A stretch of 64,000 nucleotides of DNA from Mayamaea pseudoterrestris (Eukaryota). Under the pieces are notes generated by a model that worked only from the letters and a program-made list of their open reading frames with translations, had not been told where the DNA came from and searched no databases. The DNA lies in assembly GCA_027923505.1 (NCBI GenBank), contig BROI01000004.1, positions 682,001 to 746,000 on the forward strand. Direction: 5' to 3'. Below, in pieces: positions 23,205 to 34,777 of this stretch; position 1 is the first letter of the stretch; the number at the start of each line of letters is the position of its first letter. Made by a program: the position numbers and the translations under genes.

Positions 23205-23538
23205 GCGTACGGGTAGTGCAAATGGAATTGATATCTGCAGTCGGAGACTAATCATATTGGTCTTTTAATTGCGTGAACTAAGCATGAATGTGCATCCATA
23301 TTAGTAGTCTTGTCGTGCGTATCAAAATAATGAAGGGCTCGGGCGAGCAAAAATAATTTTGGCAATGGAAATAGCTAAACCGTCGATGTCACAATGAGTC
23401 GCTGTCAGACACTTTTGACGCTTCGCGGCGACCGCAAAGCATCATCCGATCCTTGCCTTCACATATCAATTTTGCTTGACGAACCCATGCCTCTCATGAT
23501 CCTGTACCGGTAGCTCCAAACTTTGCCTTCTTAACAAT

Positions 23539-24798
23539 ATGATGAAGCTCAAACACGTTTCAATATCTTGCTACTTTGTTGTCATGAATGAAACACTCTG
23601 TCACGCTCGCCATTGCCATCATGCTTCATCATCGGCATTTCTGCATTCAACATTTCGACGCATCAATCATCAACCAGCAATGCCGCCAGAGACGCAATTA
23701 TCGGCCAAGGCAAGCAGCAGCAAGAAACGCAGTGGATCTTCTGCAGCACTCAAAGGGTTTGGATCTTCCTTGAAAAACACAATACCTACCGACAAGAGTC
23801 CCACGACACGAGCCTTTCTCAAGTACTTGGACGACAAGGGCGCCGGCGACAATTTGAAACGAACGGCGCTTGGTTTCGTTCCCATGAAGGACGTTTCGTT
23901 GCGAGGTATCATTGCCATGAAGGACTTGAAGCAGGGTCAAGACATTATTGACATTCCCTATGAATTGGCCATTAACCTTGGCCCGCAGGGTGACGATCCC
24001 ACCATACCCGCCGTGCAGCTGCTGCGCGACTACTGCGAGTGCCATCACAATGAGAATGAACGCTTGGCGTACTACAAAATGCTTCCAGCGTTCAACGGAA
24101 CTGACTCGTTGGGTTCCACCGACGTTTACTCGAACGCGGCACTGGAAGCCTTGCAGTTTCCCTTGATTGTGGAGGAAACCTTGCAGCGTCGTAGATTGAC
24201 GCAGTTACGGTTCGAGAAGGATATTTCCAGTGACGCTAGCTTTCCAAAGTGGATCGATGGTGAAACATGCGTGTCGCTGCAGCATTTCACGTGGGCCGTG
24301 TGGATCGTCACGTCGCGCGTGCTCACCGTTCAAGATGACGACAGCAGCAGCGTTCGATTGCTCATTCCCTATTTGGACATGTGCAACCACGATCGATCCA
24401 GTGTGCACGTGCTGACGGGCCGCGCCTGTAGTGGCGGTCGACTCAGAGTGGTGGCGGGCTCCATGATCAAGGCGGGAACGCCCGTCAACATTTGCTACGG
24501 CGCGGAAACGAACGACCGCTTCATTCAGGACTACGGATTCTTGGACACGACCACGCCGCAAGGCTTTCGCCTGCTGGCGCAGCAACTAGTGGGAAAAATG
24601 CGCATGCGAGAGTTGGGCAGGTTGGTGACGATTTCCGACGTTGACCGAGACCGAACGTTGGAGCGACTGCGCGAAACGACCATGGCGGAGGATGAGGCGC
24701 TGCTGCAGCGGCAAGATTTGGATGCGCAAATGAGACTAACCATTGAGTTTCGATGGCGGCTCAAGCAGGCACTCTCCGAGTTTACAAATATAGTTTAG
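23539..24798 (+). CDS. SET-domain lysine methyltransferase (Rubisco LSMT-like), possibly plastid-targeted
   Basis: 'RGIIA', 'WAVWIVTSR', 'LIPYLDMCNH', 'ICYG..NDRFIQDYGF'; 'SSAFL' in the presequence; start uncertain. Confidence 0.85.
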   Translation: MMKLKHVSISCYFVVMNETLCHARHCHHASSSAFLHSTFRRINHQPAMPPETQLSAKASSSKKRSGSSAALKGFGSSLKNTIPTDKSPTTRAFLKYLDDKGAGDNLKRTALGFVPMKDVSLRGIIAMKDLKQGQDIIDIPYELAINLGPQGDDPTIPAVQLLRDYCECHHNENERLAYYKMLPAFNGTDSLGSTDVYSNAALEALQFPLIVEETLQRRRLTQLRFEKDISSDASFPKWIDGETCVSLQHFTWAVWIVTSRVLTVQDDDSSSVRLLIPYLDMCNHDRSSVHVLTGRACSGGRLRVVAGSMIKAGTPVNICYGAETNDRFIQDYGFLDTTTPQGFRLLAQQLVGKMRMRELGRLVTISDVDRDRTLERLRETTMAEDEALLQRQDLDAQMRLTIEFRWRLKQALSEFTNIV

Positions 24799-24876
24799 CT
24801 ATAACGCGACATAGAGACATAGTAGGCTACTTGATTTGTAAATGTACTCTAATGTTTGCTTGGCAGCTCGACAAAC

Positions 24877-25314
24877 TTACACTGACAAATCCAAGTCGTC
24901 ACCATCATCATTCACATCACCAAACACTTCCGGCTCGAATTTGTTCATGCGCGGATTCTTGACATTAATACCCGCCTGCTTGGCCACTCCGAGCAATTCT
25001 GCCAGCGCCTCGCTCTGCTGATTGTCCTTTGCGGCGGACACTTGGCGCATGAATTCGCCACGATCCGAAAGTTTGTAGCCTTCAAAGGCCTTGCGCTCGC
25101 CGCCGCGCTTGCTGGCGAATTCTTCCGGGACCATGTGGCGACTGTTGCTCAAGCCCCAGCCGCCAGTGCCTTCGGCGTAAAGACGAGTTGTGGTAATGCT
25201 GATATGTCTTGTTGAGGTTGTGCTTAATCTATGAGGTTTATCTGGAGCGGTAAAGGCAAGTGACGCTGATATCAGACAGACGACGAGGAGAAATAGTGAC
25301 ATGTAGAGCGACAT
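24877..25314 (-). CDS. Small plastid-targeted hypothetical protein
   Basis: Signal peptide plus 'SLAFTAP' and Thr/Ser/Arg transit peptide ending 'TTRLYA'. Confidence 0.65.
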   Translation of the reverse strand: MSLYMSLFLLVVCLISASLAFTAPDKPHRLSTTSTRHISITTTRLYAEGTGGWGLSNSRHMVPEEFASKRGGERKAFEGYKLSDRGEFMRQVSAAKDNQQSEALAELLGVAKQAGINVKNPRMNKFEPEVFGDVNDDGDDLDLSV

Positions 25315-25571
25315 GGCTATTGTCTGTCTCTTTGAATCTGTACAATATGCAAGCTGTAATGGAAGCAGAAAGCTGAAGTCTTTGCTGGATTCAGTCGGCC
25401 ATGGTGGAAGCGAAGCGGAAACGGATGACGTGGTTTCCTCGAGTACCGGTACGACGTTTTGTCACGCTTGTTCGATTGGCAACGATTAGCCATCACAATG
25501 CCGACGAGACCTATCATGGATGATACTGCAGCAAGTTACGAAAATGTCACATTGAACATTTGCATATTACA

Positions 25572-26597
25572 ATGTTTCGCTACAAACTCATTGTTGCCTA
25601 CGATGGAACGCGATTCCATGGCTTTCAACGACAATTGAAGAATGAGGATGTCACTTCGTCGTCGTTGCCCACTTCTAATACCATTAGCAATAACAAGAAC
25701 AGCAAGAATCATCATCAACCACCAAAGCGACCTCACTGGCTGGCTTGCGGCCAAAAGAAGCCATGCAGTCACACCATTCAGCAAGTGTTGGAGACGGCAA
25801 TCATGAGTTGGACCAATGTAGCGAATGTGGCATCGCTCCAACTCGTCTTTTGCAGTCGCACCGACAAGGGAGTGCATGCGCGTCGTCAAGTGGTGGCAGT
25901 CAGTTTGCCCGTAGACGAAGTGCCAGTGTACGAGATACAGAGTAGCATCAATAGTCGACTGCCGTGGGACGTTTCGGTCGAGGCGGTGGAGCGTTGTCAC
26001 GAATCGTTTGATCCCCGGCTACATGTGCGCATCAAGCAGTATTCCTACACCATTAAATACCGGAAACGAGTCTACGACAATGACAATTCGCTGCTACCAA
26101 TCTGCCAACGCGGCCCGCACAGCTTTCGGAGCGCACTCGACCATCAGTGCCTCTGGTACGTGCCCTGGGCACTGGACGACGCGCTTTTGCCGCAACTGTG
26201 CTGTTTGCTGCAGGGCACACACGACTTTGGCGCCTTTGTCCACAAGGAAGACCGGCACGCCAAGTGTCAAATACTCAATGTGAGTCGCGTCGAGTTTCAA
26301 GTACTTGAGGAAACTTGTGACCAAGCACCCGTCGTCACGGGCCGGTTCATTTTTGAAAGCGTGGGCTTTCGTCGCACCATGGTGCGCAACTTGGTGGGCT
26401 TTTGCATTGACGTTTGTCGAAGCGCCGATCACGTCAAAAACTGGGACTGGGCCAAGGAGCTGTGGACAACGGCGCCGGATGAGGCTGGTGTGCGCGTGCA
26501 TGCGGCGCCGGCTAGTGGGTTGTGTCTGGAGTTTATTGATTATGATGAAACAGGTGATGGTAATGCGAAAGATGTAAATAGCAATGGAAGTATTTAG
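25572..26597 (+). CDS. truA: tRNA pseudouridine synthase A family
   Basis: 'YKLIVAYDGTRFHGFQRQ', catalytic 'SRTDKGVHA', 'GTHDFGAF', 'FRRTMVRNLVG', 'APASGLCL'. Confidence 0.93.
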   Translation: MFRYKLIVAYDGTRFHGFQRQLKNEDVTSSSLPTSNTISNNKNSKNHHQPPKRPHWLACGQKKPCSHTIQQVLETAIMSWTNVANVASLQLVFCSRTDKGVHARRQVVAVSLPVDEVPVYEIQSSINSRLPWDVSVEAVERCHESFDPRLHVRIKQYSYTIKYRKRVYDNDNSLLPICQRGPHSFRSALDHQCLWYVPWALDDALLPQLCCLLQGTHDFGAFVHKEDRHAKCQILNVSRVEFQVLEETCDQAPVVTGRFIFESVGFRRTMVRNLVGFCIDVCRSADHVKNWDWAKELWTTAPDEAGVRVHAAPASGLCLEFIDYDETGDGNAKDVNSNGSI

Positions 26598-26610
26598 CAG
26601 TTTCTATGTT

Positions 26611-29323
26611 TCAACCATTTAGTATTCCGCTGCGTGCTACGGCGAGTTTCGATGCCTCTGCCGCAAGAGCCTCACGCGATTTGATGACACGTTGCAGCAA
26701 TCCTTCCTTTCTCTGGCGCAATCGCTCGAATCGCTCCTTGAAGGATTCCGTCATTTCCGGTTCGGCAAGTGACTTGACCCTCATGCTTGTTCTCGTGTAG
26801 CGAAGCGGTCTGCCGGGTCCCTGGTCAATCTCACGCCGAATCTTCCAACCAAGAAAGGGTTCCCGCAAATCGAGCGGATCAACGTGGAGCGGACATTGCT
26901 CGTAGCCAAAGGTTTCCATCAATCGAGGACTCAATGTTTCGTGCGCGTACTTGCGGTCGATGGCGTTCAAGCCGCGATGACGGCCATACGTGCCGACTTG
27001 CTTCATGAGCGATGATATAAAGTCGGTGGGATTGCCGTGCACCTTGGAGCGGCTAATCATGTACTTGAAGGTGTGTGTGTCGTTCATGCCAATGCACTCA
27101 CGGATCGAGTTGACAACCTCCTCGAGTCGATACAGTGCATCCTCAAATCGAATCATGAGTCTCGGATAGTCTGTTGAACATTATTAGCGCGTGAGTAGTT
27201 GTGCTGGCAAGAAATCAAGCAACAGAGGCTGCAACCAGTCTTACCGGCGTCTAGATACTGCAAGTGCCAATCATTCCACATATCCGCGAGGCTGGTATAG
27301 TTATCTTTTATTTTGTAGGATGTCTGATGGGTGTTGCATTGGACCGGCCTGTGAACGTGAACGTGCATGGGTAAAAAGGGCGCCTCTTGAACGGAGCCGT
27401 GCTCCCATCGCATGCAAAATGACTCACCAAGTGGTCATGTTGTGTGCGTAGCGAATAAAATTGGGACAACGATTGTTTGGTTCCTTCTCCCACATTGCAT
27501 CGTAACGAGCCTTGCACATGGATTGAAACCAAAAGAATGGATCGCGCACTGGTAGCAGAAAGGAGAAGAGTTAGCGACAGACAGTAAGTGGATTGCTGGT
27601 AAGAATAGCACAAATGTCTGTACCTACCAATTACGATGGGTAACACTCGTTCTTGGTTCTCCATGTTGTCAATCGGAAACCTGTTGTGGAGTCGATGAGT
27701 ATCAGGTGGTAAATGTTTGCCTATACGTACAGTAATGGCACGAGACAAAACACAGTGTTGAGAAGCAAGCTTCCAAGACGCAGCAAATGCATGTGGCAGC
27801 AGCAGCACACACTCTTGTAACTTACCCCACGGAACTTCATGCGGCGAAAACTCCCGGCGCGGCAAGCGCTTGACGTTTTCGTTCAAGGATCGACACAGTG
27901 CATTCGTACCGCAGTGATACAAGCCCGCCACCCGCGGCATTGGCTCCAACTGCTCTCCATCGTTACGTTCCGGCATGAGCAAGTCTCGATACGCTTGGCA
28001 GGTATCCAGACCCACAATGACTGGTTTGGTTCCATATTTCTGCACCACTTGGGCGTGCGTCGGCAAGGCGTGGCATAGCGCGTCCCGCTTGGCGGCCGAC
28101 CGGCGAGCCATGGCGTCGCTCGCCGAAAGTATTATGCGCAGGTAGGGTTCCTTGTCGAAGCAAGCGTCGGGATACAAGGTCAACATCTCCTGGACCTTGG
28201 CTTCGACTGTCACTGGATCGGGAGCTGGAGGATACACCAGGCCGGTGCGATCCGACAAGCGATTCCTGCGGTATCGTTCACTCCGGTCTGGTTCAAACAA
28301 TATGCTCCTTTTCGATGCGTCTTGATGTTGATTGTTGACTGTGGTTGTGGTTGACGCTGCGATTGTGCTGGTGCGCCGTGCAAAGGGATTAAGGTTGGAT
28401 GCTTTGTTCCATATCCTTTGTGCTAGGGATGTGCTGGTTCGTTGATGTATTGTTGTAGCATTGTAGACTTCCGATAGTTGCAGTGCCGGTATTTCTTTCT
28501 TATCAACAGGCGATGATCCTTCGTCGTCCTCGCCGCTCATAGTCAGTGCATCAGCCGATGCAGGCGGCAGGGCGCTGTTGTTTGACTTTGGCAGACCATC
28601 TTCATGGTCCAATTCTTCCTCATTCTTTTCATACTCGCCTCCTTGTACATCGTCGTCATCGTCGCCATACGCTTCGTGGTTGTCGTCGTCAATATTATAT
28701 CGAGACTCGGACGCTCGCGCCACTCCGTCGCGGACAATGCTGAAGTCAAAGTCGGGCAGTGACACACTCGGTCGCTGAAAGAATTGATCCCTAACGTCGC
28801 TGCGTAAGTAATCACTACCATCGTTATCATCATTATCCAATACTTTTTTCGATTGCTTGATGAGGTAAAAGCTTCGATAGCAAAGTGCCACCAACAATAC
28901 TAGCAGAAGCACGGCAAACCTGGTCCGTCGTTTTCGTTTTCGTTTCTGCTGCGAGTGCTTGCTGGGTAACGTCATGGTGACCGTCATGGGCGCCGTTTTT
29001 TGAAAGGGTTGCTTGTTGCTGAATGATGGATGACTGTTATCGTTGTACCGCCTAGTGTACTGCAACGTTGGTGCAGGAATCCTCAAAGTGGGAGTACCTT
29101 GTTGACGTTGACTACTTGCATTCACAAGGTACGGACGATGTTGATGTTGCTGATGGTGACTCCTCGGAGACAGACTTAGATGTTCTACAGCAACCATGCT
29201 TGTCTGAACAGTATGGTTATTTTTGCCATCATGGTTGGAATGGCGCAGTTCGCCGTCTCCGCGTCGTCGCGTCGGAGATACGTTCGTCGTGCCTTTTGTT
29301 TGTGTGGAACTATCAGACGGCAT
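26611..29323 (-). CDS. Sulfotransferase-like type II membrane protein; exons 29323-27826, 27720-27628, 27548-27428, 27348-27245, 27170-26611
   Basis: Four GT-AG introns (105, 79, 79, 74 bp) give a continuous frame with 'AGLYHCGTN' (5'-PSB-like), 'VPWGKH', 'IVRDPFFWFQSMCK' (3'-PB-like) and 'MIRFED'; TM anchor after the KRKRKRR tract. Confidence 0.65.
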
Positions 29324-29660
29324 TCTTCCACCAATCACCTCCTCTGATAGATTTGTATAGTAGACAATTCATGTGCTAGATTAACTACCAGTCGCCGAGC
29401 CCAAAATGAGGCAGGCATGGAATGTTGTCACACTTTTCCAATCGCACTCACTGAGTAACGCTGCGACTTTAGTACCGCTACGAGATATCGCATTCGTCGA
29501 GGATTCGCGCGCGCCGTCGCGCGCACTTTTTTGGATGACCATGAAAAACTGAACGACGAAAAAGGTATAGAGAGGGCTCCACGTATGTAACAACAACCTA
29601 CTACTACAATCACTAGAACTACTAGTGTATCATTCATATACATCACTACAATTCACTCAA

Positions 29661-32300
29661 ATGATGGCAGTCGCACATCGTCGCGCTGGTCAACCGAGTC
29701 GACCATCCAATCCCTTTCAGTCGGGCGGCACCAAGCTTTCCTACGCGGACCCGCGCTATCGATCGCATCAACAATCGCAAACTAGTTGCGTGCGACCAAT
29801 GACGGTGATTGCGCTCATGATACTCTGCGGCTGCTTGTATTTTTTAGGCGCGAGTCCAGTGTCGCCGAGCAGTCTCATGGCGAGTAGTAGCAACAACAAT
29901 GTAGTCAACGCCAAGACGGCGATCATTAGCAGCAAGCCTGGGAGTCTGTTGCAGCAGCAGCAGCAACAACAAACACCACCAATTCCAAACGAGCGAGAGG
30001 AGCAAGCGAATGAATACGATGCGGCGGTCAAGCAGCGACGCGAGGAGCAAGACCAGCAGCGTATGCCAGAGAATGCTAGTCACGATCGAAACGGATCGGA
30101 ATCAACCTTGGAACGCTCGGCCGGCTTTGAGCAAGCGGATTTTGCGAAGGGATCAGAAGTTGCAAGGTCGAATGCGAATGGGTCAGAGGCAGCAGGATCC
30201 ATTGAGAACAACGTTGACTCGGAGCAAGACGAACAAAATGCCAAGGAATCTGACGAAGGCACGGACGGTGAGCAAGATTCGTTGGTCGCATCCACCGAGG
30301 AGGAACAATTGGAGGAAGCGAGACGGCGTGCACCGCCGAACGTCAATGACGACTTGGGCAACGAGTCAACGGATAACGAGGATTCGCAGGAGGACGCTTC
30401 CGGCGAAGAAGGAGATGAAGGAAATGCTGCTGGCGAAGAAATTGACAATGCGTCGGATGAAGAAGGAGAAGAAGATGGGAATGCGTCCGACCACGCTGAC
30501 AACGAACCTGATGCTTCGGGCGAGGAAAATGAAAATGCGTCCGACCAAAATAATGACAACGCTTCGGGCGAGGAAAATGACAATGCGACGGATGAAGAAC
30601 ATGATAAGGCGTCTGGTGACAATGAGCAAAATGCATCCAATGAACAAGGTGAGAATGCGTCGGGCGACAATGAGAATAACACATCCGGTGAAGAAGTGGG
30701 AGATCAAGACGGCAGTCAAGAAAAAGTCGACGCTGCAATGGTGAATGAAAAGGATCAGGTGCAACAACCATTGGACGAGTCGGAAACGCAACTTGCCGAC
30801 AAAGTTCAAGTGACGGAAGGCGTTGCAGCGATTGATGCAGCCAATAGCAATGAAACTGAGGCGACGGGGTCCAACGTGGTGAATGATGCGCCACCAAGTG
30901 TTGAGGCTCAGGAGTTGGCGGCAGCGGACCCATCCAAAGAGTCAGACGCAATTGTTGGATCGGAATTGAATGAGGCCACACTGGAGGGACAATCAAACAA
31001 CGAGACTCAAGCAGGCGAAGCGTCATCGGTGGCCTTGACTGTCGATGAAAGTAGCACGAAGGATGTGAATGTTACACTGCCGGCAGATGACACAAAAGCG
31101 TTGGGTAATACAGCGGATAAATCTACTTTATTAAACGACGGTGACGGCGCAAATAGCTTGAAGGATGAGGTGGTCGCTACTGGCTCGAAAGCCAACGTTG
31201 TCATACCAACCGCGAATGACAATGAGGCCGGCGAGACGGCAACTAAAGACCAACCAGACGGTGATGCACAGCCTTTAAACGTAGAGGCGTCAACGACAAA
31301 TGCTACTGCGGATACTAAAACAGACAAAGAAGACGATCCAAATGCATCCAATGCTGAAGGGGCGGAAAGCGAAGTGGCGATTGCAGAAGAGACAACTGCG
31401 GACGCCTTGGTGACAAAGCCTGAACATGAGAACAAATTTGAAGCCGTCGATCCACTGGTTGAGCAGCAACAAGGCGAAGCTAAGCCAGTAGATGTTGGGG
31501 TAGATAAGGTAATACCGCCGAATTCTGATACCACCATTGCTGAGAAAAGTTCTAAACCTGAGGCAGGTCCCGAACAACCAGACGCTATGAACGAACAAGA
31601 CAAGAATGGCTCACAGAGCCAGAAGGTAGATCAGTCGAAGGACAACGAGCTCGTTAAAGTATCATTGAGAGGTGCGAAACAAGCCAAGGGGGATGGCGGC
31701 TCAACAATGACATCCGACAAGCAAATTTTGAAAGTTGACGCTACCGAAGGCACCGCTGTCAAGCCTGCTGGAACGAGCAAAGACAAGTCAGAGGATAAAG
31801 TGGAACAGACGGTGGACGCAAAGTCTGAAACGAAGACGGACAAGAAGTCTAAAGATAATCATGACAAGAACTCCAAGGACGACATGTCAAAAGTAAAGGA
31901 GGACGAGAAAGACATTATCGTATCGTCCGATAAAGTAAAGAAGGACGAAGAGGCATCTATTGACAAGGACTCAGTAGTAGCAGCCTCGATTGACGAAGCA
32001 AAACCAATCAAGGATGCAAAGAAAGAAAAGAATGTATCCAGTAAGACGGACAAAGCTGAATCTTCAATAGTAAATGTTTCCAAGTCTGTTGTTGCCGAAG
32101 AGGGCCAAGCAACGGTGGACGATCCAAAGAAGGATGACAAATTGTTAGCGAATGACAAGGATGTTGTTGCCTTTGAATCAGATGCGAAAGGTAAATTATT
32201 GAAAGGGTCGAAGGATGCCAAAGTTAAAGCAATCAAGCGCAAGGTAAAAGAGGGCGAGGGTGGCACTGACAAAGCAAAACACCGACGAAAGCTCCGTTAA
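29661..32300 (+). CDS. Acidic low-complexity type II membrane/secretory protein with internal repeats and a Lys/Asp-rich C-terminus
   Basis: Intronless 879-aa ORF, TM 'VIALMILCGCLYFLGA', D/E/N-rich body, ends 'KAKHRRKLR'. Confidence 0.7.
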   Translation: MMAVAHRRAGQPSRPSNPFQSGGTKLSYADPRYRSHQQSQTSCVRPMTVIALMILCGCLYFLGASPVSPSSLMASSSNNNVVNAKTAIISSKPGSLLQQQQQQQTPPIPNEREEQANEYDAAVKQRREEQDQQRMPENASHDRNGSESTLERSAGFEQADFAKGSEVARSNANGSEAAGSIENNVDSEQDEQNAKESDEGTDGEQDSLVASTEEEQLEEARRRAPPNVNDDLGNESTDNEDSQEDASGEEGDEGNAAGEEIDNASDEEGEEDGNASDHADNEPDASGEENENASDQNNDNASGEENDNATDEEHDKASGDNEQNASNEQGENASGDNENNTSGEEVGDQDGSQEKVDAAMVNEKDQVQQPLDESETQLADKVQVTEGVAAIDAANSNETEATGSNVVNDAPPSVEAQELAAADPSKESDAIVGSELNEATLEGQSNNETQAGEASSVALTVDESSTKDVNVTLPADDTKALGNTADKSTLLNDGDGANSLKDEVVATGSKANVVIPTANDNEAGETATKDQPDGDAQPLNVEASTTNATADTKTDKEDDPNASNAEGAESEVAIAEETTADALVTKPEHENKFEAVDPLVEQQQGEAKPVDVGVDKVIPPNSDTTIAEKSSKPEAGPEQPDAMNEQDKNGSQSQKVDQSKDNELVKVSLRGAKQAKGDGGSTMTSDKQILKVDATEGTAVKPAGTSKDKSEDKVEQTVDAKSETKTDKKSKDNHDKNSKDDMSKVKEDEKDIIVSSDKVKKDEEASIDKDSVVAASIDEAKPIKDAKKEKNVSSKTDKAESSIVNVSKSVVAEEGQATVDDPKKDDKLLANDKDVVAFESDAKGKLLKGSKDAKVKAIKRKVKEGEGGTDKAKHRRKLR
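30393..30695 (+). repeat. Degenerate ~24-nt coding tandem repeat encoding (N/D)AS(G/D)EE-like units
   Basis: Recurring 'aatgcgtcgg/gcttcgggcgaggaaaatga' units translate to NASGEEND, NASDQNND, KASGDNEQ, NASGDNEN. Confidence 0.8.
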
Positions 32301-32671
32301 GGCGCTACTTAATGGAAGAAGAAACAAGCCTACTCAACATTGACATTCACCAAATCGACACGGTCATTGAAAATTGTATTGGTAAGCGTCTGAAACAATA
32401 AAAATTCGAGACTTGGTGATGGCCACATGGAGCCTCCACGACAATTGTTTCTTTTTGAGCTTTAGGTTGCTGGCACACTATAGGTGAACAGATTAATTAA
32501 TTCTACCAGTAGTCAAAGATGTTTCAGTTAATCACAAGCTTAAAATATAAACACAAATTACCGGATAAAGCGCAGACACGCTCTTTCTCGCTAAGTGATA
32601 ATACGAATTGTCGTCGCTGCTCAATCACTTCCTCCGTCTCATCCACAACCATTCTTCCTTAATGCATCACT

Positions 32672-34777
32672 CTAGAGAATGTTGCACGAGCTGTCGGCAT
32701 TCGCACATGGCAAAAAGTCCAATGGTCCATTCATGTCAGCCTCCACTCCCTTCTCGCTCGAGATGAATTGGTCAAGCGGCTGTCCCTCGCGCTTGCGGTA
32801 CTGCGTCCACAAGTCATGTGAAATTTCCAAGATTGGCCGGGCCGAGCTTCCAGACTCCTTAATCTTGGCGGCAGCGCCCTTGGCACTCGCCTTGGCTTCC
32901 GGGCCAGTGCCGGCAACGTCAGCGTACGTAATAAGCATTTGCGCAATCTCGCTGGCAGCCTTCTCCGTCTGAACAGACTTGCGGGGAGGATCAGCAACCT
33001 GGAGAATGGCTGGAAGCATGGCTTCAATGGCTTCCGCTGCATACTCGGCCGACATGGCATCCGGAACGTACTTGGAGCCGCCTTCAGCGTCATCCGTCGA
33101 GGCAAGCACCAAGTCGGAAATGATTTGAAAGCACAAGGCGACAGCCGACGGGAATCCAAGTACCTTGGTGTTCGACTCACTGCCATCATCCGAATCAGCC
33201 TTGGCCGCCGCGATAGCAAGGTCGCGGTAAGCCTTGGTGGCCGTGTATAGCTTAAAGACGCCATAGGCGTACTGGCCATCCTTGCCCTTCTTTTCGACAA
33301 TGTTCGTCATGAGCTCCGCCGCCGCCTTGGACGCCGGATTGCCGCCATCTGGGAACGACGCCCAGTTGGCTCCGAGAAAGGCGCACGCCATGGTGGCCTT
33401 GAGTCCCTGCAAGTCACCCTCCGTCATGATTGGCTTGACAACTTCGACAGCGCCAGCGTTGATCAGGGCATCGCGCGAGCCCGACCACTGGGCCAAGTTG
33501 AGAATGACAAAGAGCGAAAAGTCCTCGAGGCTGTTGGACGTCCAGCGGCTAGGAGGAGCCGTCGTTGCGCGAATATTCTCCACAACGCACTTGGGAATGT
33601 CCGTCTTGCCAATCAAGGCGGCATTCTCCTCGCTCTTGGCCAAGTTCTTGATCAAACCACAGGCCCAGCGAACGCCTTCCGACTTGCCCGAACCAGACTT
33701 GGGGACGGCCGGCGAGTTGGTGAGAAGCTTTTCCAAAACACGAAGGAGCGAGTCCGGATTGTCAAGAGGAGCAAGGTTCTTCTCGCTCGGCGAATGCTGC
33801 AAAATGCTGGTAATGCTCGCCTCCAAGAACGAAAGGTTCATGAGGCAAATGCAGCAGAGATACGACTCCTGCTTGTCTTCGGCAATAACCTTGCAGAGAC
33901 CTCCAATCACATCCTTCGATGCAGGTCCAAGGGCCATGACGCGCTTATTTTCCGTCGGAATGGAAAGATTGTTTAAGGCCAAGCAAGCCAAATGGCGGCC
34001 GTCTCCACTCTCCTGCGTCAAGCACTTGGCCAAGGGCGTCAAAACGTCATACTTGCCAGAGCAAACCATGGGGACGCGGTTCTGCTTGTGGCCAACGTCG
34101 CAAAGCTCGTAAATGCGCTTGGTGGCAGCCGCACTCTTCTCGCCCTTGGAGTTGAGCATCTGCTCGACAAGCTCCGGAATGTCATCAAGAGTAGGAGGCT
34201 TGGTTGGAGCAGTCGTTGACTTGACAACGGGCTGTTAATAGTGAAAGAAGAAAGCGAGTGAGTAAACGCAAGCTATCTATGCAAGTGAAATGCTGACTGA
34301 CGATGACAGCAGCGCGTCACCCGCCAGCGCAAGACCAAGGACGATGCGGCAAACAAACACCAAGTAACGCTGCTGATCAGTCTTTCAATCAAGTCAAATC
34401 AAATAGAAATCGATTGAATAGCCGTGTTATCTTGAGGTGAAAGCTAGCTCGTTCCATCTTCCATCCACGGCTGCAGCAATCAATCAATCATTCAACTTCC
34501 ATTTTCAAAAACTCACCTTGTCCGCCTTTGGCGCCGCATCGTCCTTGGTCTTTTCGTTCTTGGATTTTCTGCGAAAGCTTACCCTAACGATACAAGAAGA
34601 AGATGGAGTGAGAATCATGTTTTGCATCGAGCGTGGATGCAGACACGAAAGTGTCCGCTGCTGCAGTTGCATCCGAAACGAGCCACCATTTTCGCGCAGC
34701 ATCGACAAGCTACAGCTCTTTGACTCGTCTCCATATATTCAATTCAATTGATTGCACGCAAGTTGGCTGACTTACAT
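32672..34777 (-). CDS. Armadillo-repeat protein; exons 34777-34776 (AT), 34583-34517, 34231-32672
   Basis: ARM-like units 'RHLACLALNNLSI', 'CCICLMNLSF', 'WACGLIKNLAK'; introns 34584-34775 and 34232-34516 are GT-AG and keep frame (MVSFRRKSK..ADK|PVVK). Confidence 0.78.
34331..34552. repeat. Perfect 20-bp inverted repeat (34331-34350 / 34533-34552)
   Basis: aagaccaaggacgatgcggc at 34331 is the exact reverse complement of gccgcatcgtccttggtctt at 34533. Confidence 0.95.

Noticed and set aside
30393..30695. Periodic repeats as a CRISPR-like array
   Set aside because: Degenerate coding repeats without unique spacers, in a eukaryotic gene.
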